Source of the DNA: Candidatus Kuenenia stuttgartensis
GTDB lineage: Bacteria > Planctomycetota > Brocadiia > Brocadiales > Brocadiaceae
Assembly (NCBI RefSeq): GCF_900232105.1
Contig: NZ_LT934425.1
Coordinates: 3,900,001 to 3,932,000, forward strand
Reading direction: 5' to 3'
DNA length: 32,000 nt
Part shown: in pieces, positions 8,277 through 17,925 of the stretch
Layout of the letters: the number at the start of each line of letters is the position of its first letter
Position numbering within the stretch: the stretch's first letter is position 1
Notes under the pieces: model-generated
What the model saw: the letters and a program-made list of their open reading frames with translations, nothing else
Told to the model about the DNA's origin: nothing
Database searches by the model: none
Made by a program: the position numbers and the translations under genes

Positions 8277-9778
8277 TGGCAACTCATATTGTGTTAGTGG
8301 AAAATTATAAGGATTGGAATCCTCATTATTCTGATGCATTAGTAGTGACTGCAAAAGATTATGTAGCACACCAGGAATATTTGAAAATAAAAGATATAAA
8401 AATTGTTAATTTATGCCGTAGCTACCGGTACCTGAGTCTAGGGTATTATTGTTCGCTTCTTGCGGAAGCACGACGGCACAAAGTGATCCCCTCCGTAAAA
8501 ACGATCAATGATCTGAGCAGTAAGTCAATTTATAGCCTCAACGTAGAAGACCTCGACGTATCCGTTCAAAAAAGCTTAAAGAAGAGAACGAAACACCTGG
8601 CGGAAACGGCGACGTCATTTGATTACATGATATATTTCGGGCAATGCGAAGAGAATGATTTGCAGGAACTCGCACGGCAATTATTCGACATGTTTCGCTG
8701 TCCGATCCTCAAAGTAGAGTTTCGTTTTCAGGGCAAGTGGAATATTTTTGCGATAAAACCTTCATACGTGCATAATCTTATCCAAGGGCAGGAAGCTATT
8801 TTTTTTCAGGCATTCAATGACTATTTAACAAAACGCTGGCAAACGCCTAAAGTAAAAAACAAAGAAAAGTATGACCTTGCAATTTTATATAATCCGACGG
8901 AACAATTACCTCCTTCCAACCAACGGTCTCTCCAAAAATTCATCAAGATTGGGAAAAAACTCGACGTTAACGTTGATTTAATTGAAAAAAAAGACTATTC
9001 AAAACTCGCGGAATATGATGCCCTGTTTATTCGTGAGACAACAAGGATTAATCATCATACGTTCCGATTTGCGAAAAAAGCGGAAAATGAAGGCATGGTC
9101 GTCATAGATGATCCCGATTCAATTGTGAAATGTACCAATAAGGTATATCTCTTTGAAATACTTTCCGCCAATAAAGTACCTGTCCCTAAAACGATATTGT
9201 TGCAGAAAAAAGATATTAATAGAATAATAAAAGCGCTCGAATTAAAGTTTTCTTATCCGATTGTTTTGAAAATACCTGATAGTTCATTTTCAAGGGGAGT
9301 AATAAAAGCAGATAACCTTGACGAATTAAAAGAAATAACAAGCCGCCTGTTTGAAGAATCCGATTTGATTCTGGCACAGGAATTTTTATATACCCCATTT
9401 GACTGGCGTATAGGCATTTTAAATCGTGTCCCGATATATGCCTGCCAGTATTTCATGTCGAAAAAGCACTGGCAAATCATACAACATGGCCCTGATGGCC
9501 GTTTTACCGGGGGAGACTTTAAAACATTTCATGTTGAAGACGTTCCGCAGGATGTTATTTACATTGCCGTAAAAGCTGCAAATCTCATCGGCAACGGATT
9601 GTATGGAGTGGATTTAAAGAAGACCGACAAGGGAGTGCTGGTGATGGAGATAAATGATAATCCTACCATTGACGTAGGTGTAGAAGATGGCTGTTTAGGC
9701 GATAAATTGTATCGGATTATTATTGAAGAATTCATTAGAAGACTGAGCATGAAAAACGGCGAAAAGCATGAAAAATAG
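8276..9778 (+). CDS. RimK-like ATP-grasp amidoligase with N-terminal RLAN-type domain
   Basis: 500 aa with ATP-grasp blocks (VVIDDPDSIVKCTNKVYLFEIL, PIVLKIPDSSFSRGVIKA, LILAQEFLYTPFDWRIGILNR, GLYGVDLKKTDKGVLVMEINDNPTIDVGVED) and an N-terminal region before the fold. Confidence 0.85.
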   Translation: MATHIVLVENYKDWNPHYSDALVVTAKDYVAHQEYLKIKDIKIVNLCRSYRYLSLGYYCSLLAEARRHKVIPSVKTINDLSSKSIYSLNVEDLDVSVQKSLKKRTKHLAETATSFDYMIYFGQCEENDLQELARQLFDMFRCPILKVEFRFQGKWNIFAIKPSYVHNLIQGQEAIFFQAFNDYLTKRWQTPKVKNKEKYDLAILYNPTEQLPPSNQRSLQKFIKIGKKLDVNVDLIEKKDYSKLAEYDALFIRETTRINHHTFRFAKKAENEGMVVIDDPDSIVKCTNKVYLFEILSANKVPVPKTILLQKKDINRIIKALELKFSYPIVLKIPDSSFSRGVIKADNLDELKEITSRLFEESDLILAQEFLYTPFDWRIGILNRVPIYACQYFMSKKHWQIIQHGPDGRFTGGDFKTFHVEDVPQDVIYIAVKAANLIGNGLYGVDLKKTDKGVLVMEINDNPTIDVGVEDGCLGDKLYRIIIEEFIRRLSMKNGEKHEK

Positions 9779-9839
9779 GTATGCAAGCATAGTGGTGGGT
9801 GCAAGCAATAGGGCATAGGGCACTGCCCACAGATTTGAA

Positions 9840-10490
9840 CTAGGGAAGGGGGGGGTATTTGGATAAAATTAAATATTCAAATCCACCGGGGCCACAAACT
9901 TTAGTGAGTTGATCAATGATATACTTCTGTCGGGTAGCATTTTCATTGGGACCTGAAATGTAAAAAGGTTTTCCATTTTGTCCAAATTCAATTTCTTCCG
10001 AACAGGTATTTGGGTCAACATCACCAAAAATCATACACGCCTTAATATATGCAGGATGAGGATTAAAGCCCAAATCTCTCGCATAGGAAACAGCACTTTC
10101 TACTAATTTTCTCACATAGGAAGGGTCTTTTTTCACAAACAATGATGCCTGGTAGCTGTCATGACCCTTAAGTTTGGCGTTATATTCAGTTTCCGGGGCG
10201 ACAATATACATTGCGTTTTTTACTCCTAAGCAATATACATCAACTAAAAAAGCACTAGCGGCGATATTGCCGTTTGGCAGAACCCTGCTAAATAATATAT
10301 TCGTGATACCCCTGTCTAAGGTCTCCTGCATCAGACACTCATACATAGGATATTTTGCAATCTTTTCCGCGTCGATTTTATTAAATAATACTTCTTTTTT
10401 TAATTTTGTTGTTTTTTTTGCAAGTATCAATTTTCTTTTCGCCTTCTTTTTTTCAACTTTCTTTTGCTGTTTTTTGTCTCTTTTGTGCAT
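9840..10490 (-). CDS. Conserved hypothetical protein with Lys-rich N-terminus
   Basis: 216-aa ORF starting MHKRDKKQQKKVEKKKAKRK, with ILFSRVLPNGNIAASAFLVDVYCLGVKNAMY. Confidence 0.65.
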   Translation of the reverse strand: MHKRDKKQQKKVEKKKAKRKLILAKKTTKLKKEVLFNKIDAEKIAKYPMYECLMQETLDRGITNILFSRVLPNGNIAASAFLVDVYCLGVKNAMYIVAPETEYNAKLKGHDSYQASLFVKKDPSYVRKLVESAVSYARDLGFNPHPAYIKACMIFGDVDPNTCSEEIEFGQNGKPFYISGPNENATRQKYIIDQLTKVCGPGGFEYLILSKYPPLP

Positions 10491-10550
10491 GTTAGTTCCT
10501 TAATTAATATACTATATATAGCGTTTCATTAAAATATCTACATTGATACC

Positions 10551-10630
10551 GTCATTGCGAGCGATAGCGAAGCAATCTTAAGTCTTTTGGGAACAAGAGA
10601 TTGCTTCGTCGCTCCACTCCTCGCAATGAC
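10551..10630. repeat. REP/MITE-like palindromic element
   Basis: GTCATTGCGAGCGATAGCGAAGCAATCT ... AGATTGCTTCGTCGCTCCACTCCTCGCAATGAC inverted arms, nested in outer arms 10523-10537 and 10645-10659. Confidence 0.8.
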
Positions 10631-10709
10631 ATTTTTTTACGCACACATTTTAACGAAACAAGGGACAATTAAATATTTTGTTAATACTTTATAAGCATCT
10701 TGAGTCTAA

Positions 10710-11627
10710 TTATTTTATTCTTCTTCTCGCAAGTTCGCTTTCGTATTGTTTTCCCAGTATTGATGCATTTTCCCTCGCCCATTCGGTTAATTTTGTATTG
10801 CCCGCCGGAGGTGCATCAACGTAAAGCAAGTCATCCATAAGCCCTTCTATTTCATCTTTTGTTATCAAAACATCATGGACAAATTTCCCGATAATTAGTG
10901 CAAGGCAATATCCAATGAAGGGAGAAACTGAAATAAAAAGTCTCTTTTTACCAATGATGTCGCCAATTTCCGTAACCAAATCACGATAAGAAAATGTTTC
11001 AGGTCCGATGGCATTAATAATGGTATTTTCGCTCTTTTCACCTTGCTCCACCGCCAATATGGCAAAATCATTTACGTAAATTGGTTGTAAACGATAATTG
11101 CCCTCGCCGAATATACTAAAAAAGGGAAATTTTCGCAACGCCCACGCAATGTTGTTGATCAAAATGCCTTCCTTTCCGAACAAGACAGCCGGACGTAAAA
11201 TAGCATACGAAATACCGGATTCTATAAGGTTTTTTTCGATTATTGCCTTATCCCTGAAATACTCATACGGTGAACTTTCGGAAGGGTTCGTTATACTCGT
11301 GTGTACTATTCTTTTTACTCCGGCTTTTTTAGCCGTTTCGAACAGGGCAAAAGTATTTTGTATCGCAGTGGAGTAACCAAAAGTCTTGTAATTAAAACGA
11401 ACCCAATAGGTGTTGTAGAGCACTGAAACACCACTTAATGATTCCGCAAGTTTCTCTGGCTTGTCAAAATTAAAAGGATACGCCTTTACACTTTCACCAA
11501 AAGGGTTAGGGCGATGCAAGGAATTGGTGAGGGTAATGACATTACGCCCGCGGTCTAATAAGTTTCTTGCAATATATCTTCCGGAAAATCCGAATGCTCC
11601 GGTGACGGCATGTAATTCAGTACTCAT
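10710..11627 (-). CDS. NAD(P)-binding epimerase/dehydratase-like (extended/atypical SDR) protein
   Basis: AVTGAFGFSGRYIARNLLDRGRNV Rossmann start; YNTYWVRF; ISYAILRPAVLFG. Confidence 0.8.
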   Translation of the reverse strand: MSTELHAVTGAFGFSGRYIARNLLDRGRNVITLTNSLHRPNPFGESVKAYPFNFDKPEKLAESLSGVSVLYNTYWVRFNYKTFGYSTAIQNTFALFETAKKAGVKRIVHTSITNPSESSPYEYFRDKAIIEKNLIESGISYAILRPAVLFGKEGILINNIAWALRKFPFFSIFGEGNYRLQPIYVNDFAILAVEQGEKSENTIINAIGPETFSYRDLVTEIGDIIGKKRLFISVSPFIGYCLALIIGKFVHDVLITKDEIEGLMDDLLYVDAPPAGNTKLTEWARENASILGKQYESELARRRIK

Positions 11628-11678
11628 ACTGATTTGTTTAATATAGGGGTTATTGATAGGATAATGGCGGTTTTGTAC

Positions 11679-12830
11679 TTAATGAATCGTTTCATTTGCA
11701 ATGTCATTCAATGCAGAGATTAATATATCTATTTCTTCTTCCGTGTTAAAAAAACCAGGACTAATTCTTATTGTGCCATCGGGATACGTACCCATTTGCT
11801 GATGAACAAAAGGTGCGCAATGTAGTCCGGGTCGTACTGCAATAGTAAATGATTGATCTAATATTGCCCCTGCTTCTGCTGCAGTATATCCTTTTATGTT
11901 TATTGAAAGTATTCCTACTTTCCTTGATACATCTTTCGTCCCATATAAAATAAATCGTTCATCATTTTGAAGGGCATTGATTATTTTTTGAATTAATTTC
12001 CGTTCATGCGCCCTAATCGTGTGTGTACCCTTTGATACGACATATTCAATTCCAGCTTTCAGGCCAACGATACCAACGGTATTTGGGGTGCCGCTTTCCA
12101 GCCGGAACGGCATTTCTTCCGGTTGTGTTAATGATGCGGGTTCAAATCCAGTGCCTCCCTCTCTCCATGGACGAAGCTTAATACGTTCATGGATATAAAG
12201 ACCGCCTGTTCCCGTTGGGCCAAAGGGCGCTTTATGTCCCGTAAACGCAAGCATATCAATATTGCATTCATTAACATCAATTTCACATACTCCGGTAGTT
12301 TGCGCTGCATCTACCATAAACACAATATCCCGTTCTTTTGCAATCAAACCAATTTCTTTTATCGGTTGAATTGTGCCAAGAACGTTTGTTGCATGGGTGA
12401 GAACGATTAAGCGGGTTTTGGGAGTAATGGCATTTTTTACGTCGTCAGGATTAATAAAACCATCAGAGGAATTTTTCACCTTTGTTACGGTTATTTTATT
12501 ATCTTGTGCTAATCCGTTTAATGCGCGGGATACAGCGTTATGTTCAAGATAAGAAGTAATTGCATGATCGCCTGTTTTGAGTAACCCTTTTATGCCCATA
12601 TTTATCGCATCAGTTGCATTGAAGGTAAATACAAACCTGTTTGGGTCCTTTATGGCAAGAAAATCCGCAATTATCTTTCTTGTATTCTCAATTTCACGTT
12701 CTACGGTGACTGCCATCCTGTGGCCGGAACGTCCGGGGTTAGCCCCCATTGTCCTGTAAAAGGTATCCATTGACGTATATACAATTTCTGGTTTCGGATA
12801 ACTTGTTGCTGCATTATCTAAATAGATCAT
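11679..12830 (-). CDS. Cysteine desulfurase (class V aminotransferase, SufS/CsdA-like)
   Basis: MIYLDNAATSYPKPE; FMVDAAQTTGVCEIDVNECNIDMLAFTGHKAPFGPTGTGGLY; RPGLHCAPFVHQQMGT. Confidence 0.9.
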   Translation of the reverse strand: MIYLDNAATSYPKPEIVYTSMDTFYRTMGANPGRSGHRMAVTVEREIENTRKIIADFLAIKDPNRFVFTFNATDAINMGIKGLLKTGDHAITSYLEHNAVSRALNGLAQDNKITVTKVKNSSDGFINPDDVKNAITPKTRLIVLTHATNVLGTIQPIKEIGLIAKERDIVFMVDAAQTTGVCEIDVNECNIDMLAFTGHKAPFGPTGTGGLYIHERIKLRPWREGGTGFEPASLTQPEEMPFRLESGTPNTVGIVGLKAGIEYVVSKGTHTIRAHERKLIQKIINALQNDERFILYGTKDVSRKVGILSINIKGYTAAEAGAILDQSFTIAVRPGLHCAPFVHQQMGTYPDGTIRISPGFFNTEEEIDILISALNDIANETIH

Positions 12831-12967
12831 AATTAAATAGGTCCCCTAAGCTGGCGTAGCCAGAACCAAACAAGCATGAAATAAAAAATACGAGATTCGA
12901 AGTACTAAATACGAAACAAATCCGAATAACAAAGCATCAAATCCAAAATATACAATAATAATCGGTT

Positions 12968-13993
12968 TTACATCCCGATGTATTTTGCATAAATACCTTT
13001 TGCCGTTATTACATCATTTGTTCCGGCTATAATTGTCCTGCCGTCAGGGAAGGCCGTTAATTCATAATTATTTACCTTCAACCGTAGCAGATATTTATTA
13101 AAAGATACGTTTCCTGCTGTACTCAAACGCGAGGCAAGCGTTGACAAATCAATCGTTGAACCGTTTGCCGGTGCGATTTGCACTGCATTTCGTCCGCATA
13201 AAGAAGTGGTTGAAGAGTATTTTTCATTCCTTAAATATTCATATTGTTTGTTTTTACAGGCCTTACAATCATTTATTTCTCTGAGGTTGTTTATATTAAG
13301 CCTTGTTATCTCATTCTTCCACAAATCAAATTTGAGAAGCTGCCTGTTAATAGACGCGCCATTGCCAGTCAGGATTTTTAAAGCCTCGGCAACCTGAATC
13401 GAGGCGATCAAACTTGCGGCAGGCGATAGTATCCCTGCGGTATCACATGTTTCAGTATTGCCGAAAGGGGGAATGTCCTGCATGACACAGCGTAAACAGG
13501 GGGTTTCTCCGGGAACGATTGTCATCGTTAATCCCGTGCTGCCAATACATGCACCATAAATCCATGGAATGTCATTTTTCACACAATAATCGTTAATGAG
13601 AAACCGGGTTTCAAAATTATCGGTGCCGTCAATGATTATATTTGCATTGTGTAAGTTTGTATCGATATTGGAGGGATTAATATCCGTGACGGCTGCTTCT
13701 ATTATTATGCCGGAGTTGATTTTTTGTAGTTTTTTTTGGGCGGCTATTGCTTTGGGTAGATTATTCCAGAGGTCTTCTTCATCAAATAATGTCTGGCGCT
13801 GCAAGTTGCTTTCTTCAATAAAATCCCGGTCGATTATTTTTACACGATTCACACCGCTGCGTACCAGGAGATTTGCAGAAGTGCAGCCCAATGCGCCGCA
13901 GCCAATAATGACGACTGTCGTATGGGCGAGTTTTCTTTGTCCTTCTTTTCCTATGGCAGAGAATAATTCCTGCCGGACATAACGGTCAGACAT
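12968..13993 (-). CDS. HesA/MoeB/ThiF-family E1-like adenylyltransferase
   Basis: RYVRQELFSAIGKEGQRKLAHTTVVIIGCGALGCTSANLLVRSGV; IIDRDFIEESNLQRQTLF; PCLRC and CKAC zinc ligands. Confidence 0.9.
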   Translation of the reverse strand: MSDRYVRQELFSAIGKEGQRKLAHTTVVIIGCGALGCTSANLLVRSGVNRVKIIDRDFIEESNLQRQTLFDEEDLWNNLPKAIAAQKKLQKINSGIIIEAAVTDINPSNIDTNLHNANIIIDGTDNFETRFLINDYCVKNDIPWIYGACIGSTGLTMTIVPGETPCLRCVMQDIPPFGNTETCDTAGILSPAASLIASIQVAEALKILTGNGASINRQLLKFDLWKNEITRLNINNLREINDCKACKNKQYEYLRNEKYSSTTSLCGRNAVQIAPANGSTIDLSTLASRLSTAGNVSFNKYLLRLKVNNYELTAFPDGRTIIAGTNDVITAKGIYAKYIGM

Positions 13994-13994
13994 G

Positions 13995-14672
13995 TTAACT
14001 GTTATTTTTTAGAATACTTAAACACGATTTGTCACCGGATGCAATTGCCTTTTCTCTTTTATATGTTGAGCTGGGATTCAGTCCCTCGCAAAAACCGGAA
14101 ATCCATGCATTAACAATATCGCACATCGTTAAAAAATCTGCGCCTGCATTTTTCCAGTATTTTTCATGCACACATTCCTCATGATCCCATGTGGTGCATT
14201 TCTCTGAATCTTCCACAACCTGAGCGCCTCTGTCGCAAGGCATCCCATCGCACAGGTAATCACCCAGTAATTCAAATGCCTTTGATGTACTTTTGCACTC
14301 GTTCGCAGATAACCCTTTACGGTTTACGGCCTCCTTACCACATTGAATGCCATGAGCATGCGCTGCTTCGGAGGCATTTTTCCCTGCAGCATCATATTTT
14401 GCACAAAAGGCAGCTATAATAGCTGCCTCCCGTGTTTCTCCCTCGATAATAATGCTTTGAATCCCCTGATGAATGGACTTGTTTGCCAGTAATTCTTCTA
14501 ACGATTTAGTGCTGTCTGTTTGAGGGTATTTTTTATATACCTCTCCGAGCAATGCTTCTGCGTCAGCACCGTATCTTGCTTTGAATGCAGAGACAATATT
14601 ATTTTCGCGTGCTTCAGAAGTCTTTATTTTTCCAAACATCCAATAGTGGATAGGTCCCAGGACCATGCTCAT
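13995..14672 (-). CDS. L-2-amino-thiazoline-4-carboxylate hydrolase-like (ATC_hydrolase) protein
   Basis: Cys-rich C-terminus (TTWDHEECVHEKYWKNAGADFLTMCDIVNAWISGFCEGLNPSSTYKREKAIASGDKSCLSIL); abuts the ThiF/MoeB gene. Confidence 0.5.
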   Translation of the reverse strand: MSMVLGPIHYWMFGKIKTSEARENNIVSAFKARYGADAEALLGEVYKKYPQTDSTKSLEELLANKSIHQGIQSIIIEGETREAAIIAAFCAKYDAAGKNASEAAHAHGIQCGKEAVNRKGLSANECKSTSKAFELLGDYLCDGMPCDRGAQVVEDSEKCTTWDHEECVHEKYWKNAGADFLTMCDIVNAWISGFCEGLNPSSTYKREKAIASGDKSCLSILKNNS

Positions 14673-14731
14673 AATAGCGCTCCTTTTATTTATCAGTCTC
14701 TTCTGTATTGCGTTGCCTAATAGATAGTAAC

Positions 14732-14950
14732 TTACGCCAGTTCTACGGATTCAATCTCAGGGATAATTTCCTTAAGTCTGGCTTCAACTCCATATTTCAA
14801 TGTGGCAAGAGAGCTGGGGCATGAACCACATGCGCCTTTTAAACGCACTTTAACAATACCATCTTCATAATCAACAAGCTCAATATCTCCGCCGTCTGCT
14901 TGTAATGCCGGCCTAATGCCCTTAAGAGCCTCTTCTATTTTTTCCTTCAT
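14732..14950 (-). CDS. NifU-like C-terminal (NFU) Fe-S scaffold protein
   Basis: 72 aa: IRPALQADGGDIELVDYEDGIVKVRLKGACGSCPSSLATLKYGVEARLKE. Confidence 0.9.
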   Translation of the reverse strand: MKEKIEEALKGIRPALQADGGDIELVDYEDGIVKVRLKGACGSCPSSLATLKYGVEARLKEIIPEIESVELA

Positions 14951-14968
14951 TATTCTTCCTCCTTAAAA

Positions 14969-15250
14969 TTATGATTTATGTTTTTCGATAATTTCATTTA
15001 ATTCCTTTATGATAACTTCCGGATCTACATTATGCATCGTTGCGCCAAATGCAATGTCTTCTGTTTTAGAACCGGGGCAGGTATAGCAGCCTGCGCCAAA
15101 ATACTTTTTTACAACGGATTCTGTTTCGGGGTAATTTTGGATTACATCGCCTATGGAAGTCTTCTTTGTTATCTTAGGTTTTGTTTCCGGCATAGATAAA
15201 ACCTTTCTTAAATAATACGTTTTAAAAGTAAAAGCTCTTACTGAGTACAA
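14969..15250 (-). CDS. DUF1858 redox-disulfide (hybrid-cluster-associated) protein
   Basis: TKKTSIGDVIQNYPETESVVKKYFGAGCYTCPGSKTEDIAFGATMHNVDPEVIIKELNEII; the start may be the internal MPETKPK. Confidence 0.85.
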   Translation of the reverse strand: MYSVRAFTFKTYYLRKVLSMPETKPKITKKTSIGDVIQNYPETESVVKKYFGAGCYTCPGSKTEDIAFGATMHNVDPEVIIKELNEIIEKHKS

Positions 15251-15444
15251 CCACTTAAAAAAGCTTATTCAAAGCAGAAAGCATAGATGCGGGTTGTGAT
15301 TCCATCCAAAAAATGATTACGGTTTTCAGGTTATCTGACAAATAAATATTTGTCAATTAAAAAAAACCAATATATTTCCTACTATCGCTGATGATTGAAA
15401 ATAATGGTTGATTAATAGAGGGTTATTTTTTAAATTAACCTATT

Positions 15445-16341
15445 ATGTTTACGGCATCTCACATTCCATTTATAATAAGCATCGTCTTGTACCTTATTTC
15501 ATCGGTATGGTCGGTCGGTCACATTATAAAACCTGATTTATTTAACAAAAAAGTGGCCAGATGGGCAACGGTAATGGGCTTTTTAATCCATAGCGGGTAT
15601 CTCATCTTTCTTGGCATTCGTTCTAACAACATTCCCATCACAAACGTTTATGAATCTTTTGTTTCATTGCTCTGGTGCGTCTTATTTGTCTTTATCAACA
15701 TAGATTACCTCTATAAATTGCCTTCTCTGGATACCTTTCTCATGCCGCTCGTTACGGCGCTTTCTCTATGGGCGCTCTCTTTTGATAAAAGTGACATGTT
15801 GATTACGGTGAGTCTCCAGAAATTCTGGCTTGTTGCCCATATTATTCCTATTTTTATCGGCTATGCGGCTTTTACTATATCGTTTAGTTTGAGCGTAATG
15901 TATTTAACACAGCAGAGACAGCTAAAGCATAAAATATTTGGTCGTCTGTTTAACAAACTCCCTTCTTTGGAAGGTATTGATATGCTCATTTGGAAGACTA
16001 TTTCTTTCGGTTTTCCATTACTTACTCTTGGTTTGGTATTTGGTACGTTCTGGGTAAAGACACAGGATATTTTGGGGGAAATGTGGTATTTGGATCCCAA
16101 AGTTATTCTTGGCCTTGCCACATGGCTTATTTATGCCGCCTTATTACACATGCGCCTGGTTGCTTCCTTTCACGGCACAAAGATAGCGTTATTAACGATT
16201 GCCGGTTTTTGTTTTGTTCTTTTTACCTTTATCGGAGCATTTTTTATCGGGTCAAAACACGCTTTTCAAAAACTGAGCACTAATGCGGCATATATCGAAA
16301 TTTTAGCGGCGAATAAACAACAGTACCCTAAGCGGACATAG
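15445..16341 (+). CDS. CcsA/HemX-like cytochrome c assembly membrane protein
   Basis: Multi-TM 298 aa with NNIPITNVYESFVSLLW, VAHIIPIFIGYAAFTISF and GTFWVKTQDILGEMWYLDPK; directly upstream of hemA. Confidence 0.85.
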   Translation: MFTASHIPFIISIVLYLISSVWSVGHIIKPDLFNKKVARWATVMGFLIHSGYLIFLGIRSNNIPITNVYESFVSLLWCVLFVFINIDYLYKLPSLDTFLMPLVTALSLWALSFDKSDMLITVSLQKFWLVAHIIPIFIGYAAFTISFSLSVMYLTQQRQLKHKIFGRLFNKLPSLEGIDMLIWKTISFGFPLLTLGLVFGTFWVKTQDILGEMWYLDPKVILGLATWLIYAALLHMRLVASFHGTKIALLTIAGFCFVLFTFIGAFFIGSKHAFQKLSTNAAYIEILAANKQQYPKRT

Positions 16342-16566
16342 CTGATAAAAAATACGAAGCACGAAATACGAAAGAGGAACCACTGATTGCACGGATTGCA
16401 TCGATTAAAAAAGTAGTCGGCAACCTACAATCTACAGTAGGCAAATTGCAGACTGAGGACTGAGCGAAAAATGGGAATCTTAGGATTTCCTACTTTTTAA
16501 CGGTACAACCATGGCGGAAGTAGGAGTTATTATTATTTTGATTTGCAATAAGGATTAAATAAAATC

Positions 16567-17859
16567 ATGAGTATTTTAGTGGTGGGACTAAATCATAAAT
16601 CTGCTCCGGTTGATATCAGGGAAAAGCTTGCATTTAATAATAATTCTGTTTCAAACGCACTGTCTTTATTTTCCCAAAAATATCCTTCGTCAGAAGCAGT
16701 TATTTTATCCACCTGTAACCGCGTAGAAATGTACGCGTCGTCCGCTTCAGATGCGGTGAAATTGGAAGATATCCTCTCGTTCCTGGCGGAATTTCATAAA
16801 ATCGAAGAAAATGAATTTTCCCAGTATATGTATCATTATAAAGACGACCGTGCGGTGATGCATCTCTTCCATGTGAGTTCCAGCATTGATTCTATGGTAA
16901 TCGGTGAGTCGCAAATTCTTTCACAGGTTAAAGAGGCATACACACTCGCCAGCATGGAACAATCAACCGGAAAAATTCTCAATCAATTATTCCAACAGGC
17001 GTTAAATATTTCCAAAACGATACACACCAATACTTCCATAGGCCAGGGCAAGGTTTCCATAAGCTCTGTTGCTGTCGAATTTGCTGAAAAGATATTCCAG
17101 GATTTTGCCGGCAAAATGGTATTAGTGGTAGGGGCTGGTGAGATGTGTGAACTTTTGCTTAAACACCTTTATGAAGAGGGGGCGCGAACGATTATTGTAG
17201 CAAACCGTACCTTTGAACGCGCACAGGCAATTGCTGATGCATTTCAAGGTGAGGCGATTAAATATGAATTGCTCGGTGAATACCTTTCAAAGACTGATAT
17301 TATTATTACTTCCACCTCAGCGCCGCATTACGTAATTCATAGCGATCAGGTGAAAGACGCAATTAAGCACCGCAGGGGGAATCCCATGTTCCTTATCGAT
17401 ATTGCCGTTCCCAGAGACATAGAACCGTCTGTTGGCAATATCGACAATGTGTATTTATATAATATTGATGACCTTCAATCCGTTGTAAACCAGAACCTTG
17501 ACGACAGAACCCGCGAAATCGAAAAATGCCGGGCAATTATTGAAAAAGAAGTGGAACACTTCATGGCAAAGCTTGAACAAATAAAGATAGAACCTGCGAT
17601 AACATTATTGAGAAACAGTTTTCACACCATCGGAAAAGATGAATTAAGCCGCTTGAAACCAAAACTGAGGAATATTAATGATGAAGAATGGAACCAGGTG
17701 GTTTACACTATGGAAAGAACCCTCAATAAACTCTTGCATCATCCTGCCAAGATAGCAAAGCAGGAAGCAAGTAACGGAGGAGGATACCGTTACGTAGAGA
17801 CAATTAAAAAACTCTTTGGCGTCTTTCATCACCATTCATCAGAAGATTCAAACAAATAG
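16567..17859 (+). CDS. hemA: Glutamyl-tRNA reductase
   Basis: VVGLNHKSAPVDIREKLAF; LSTCNRVEMYA; GESQILSQVKEAYTLA; VVGAGEMCELLLKHL. Confidence 0.97.
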   Translation: MSILVVGLNHKSAPVDIREKLAFNNNSVSNALSLFSQKYPSSEAVILSTCNRVEMYASSASDAVKLEDILSFLAEFHKIEENEFSQYMYHYKDDRAVMHLFHVSSSIDSMVIGESQILSQVKEAYTLASMEQSTGKILNQLFQQALNISKTIHTNTSIGQGKVSISSVAVEFAEKIFQDFAGKMVLVVGAGEMCELLLKHLYEEGARTIIVANRTFERAQAIADAFQGEAIKYELLGEYLSKTDIIITSTSAPHYVIHSDQVKDAIKHRRGNPMFLIDIAVPRDIEPSVGNIDNVYLYNIDDLQSVVNQNLDDRTREIEKCRAIIEKEVEHFMAKLEQIKIEPAITLLRNSFHTIGKDELSRLKPKLRNINDEEWNQVVYTMERTLNKLLHHPAKIAKQEASNGGGYRYVETIKKLFGVFHHHSSEDSNK

Positions 17860-17925
17860 CCCCGCCTCATAGTATCACCATGTAAAAATGTATTACCCTA
17901 TGCAATTGTTCACCATGCCGGCGTA

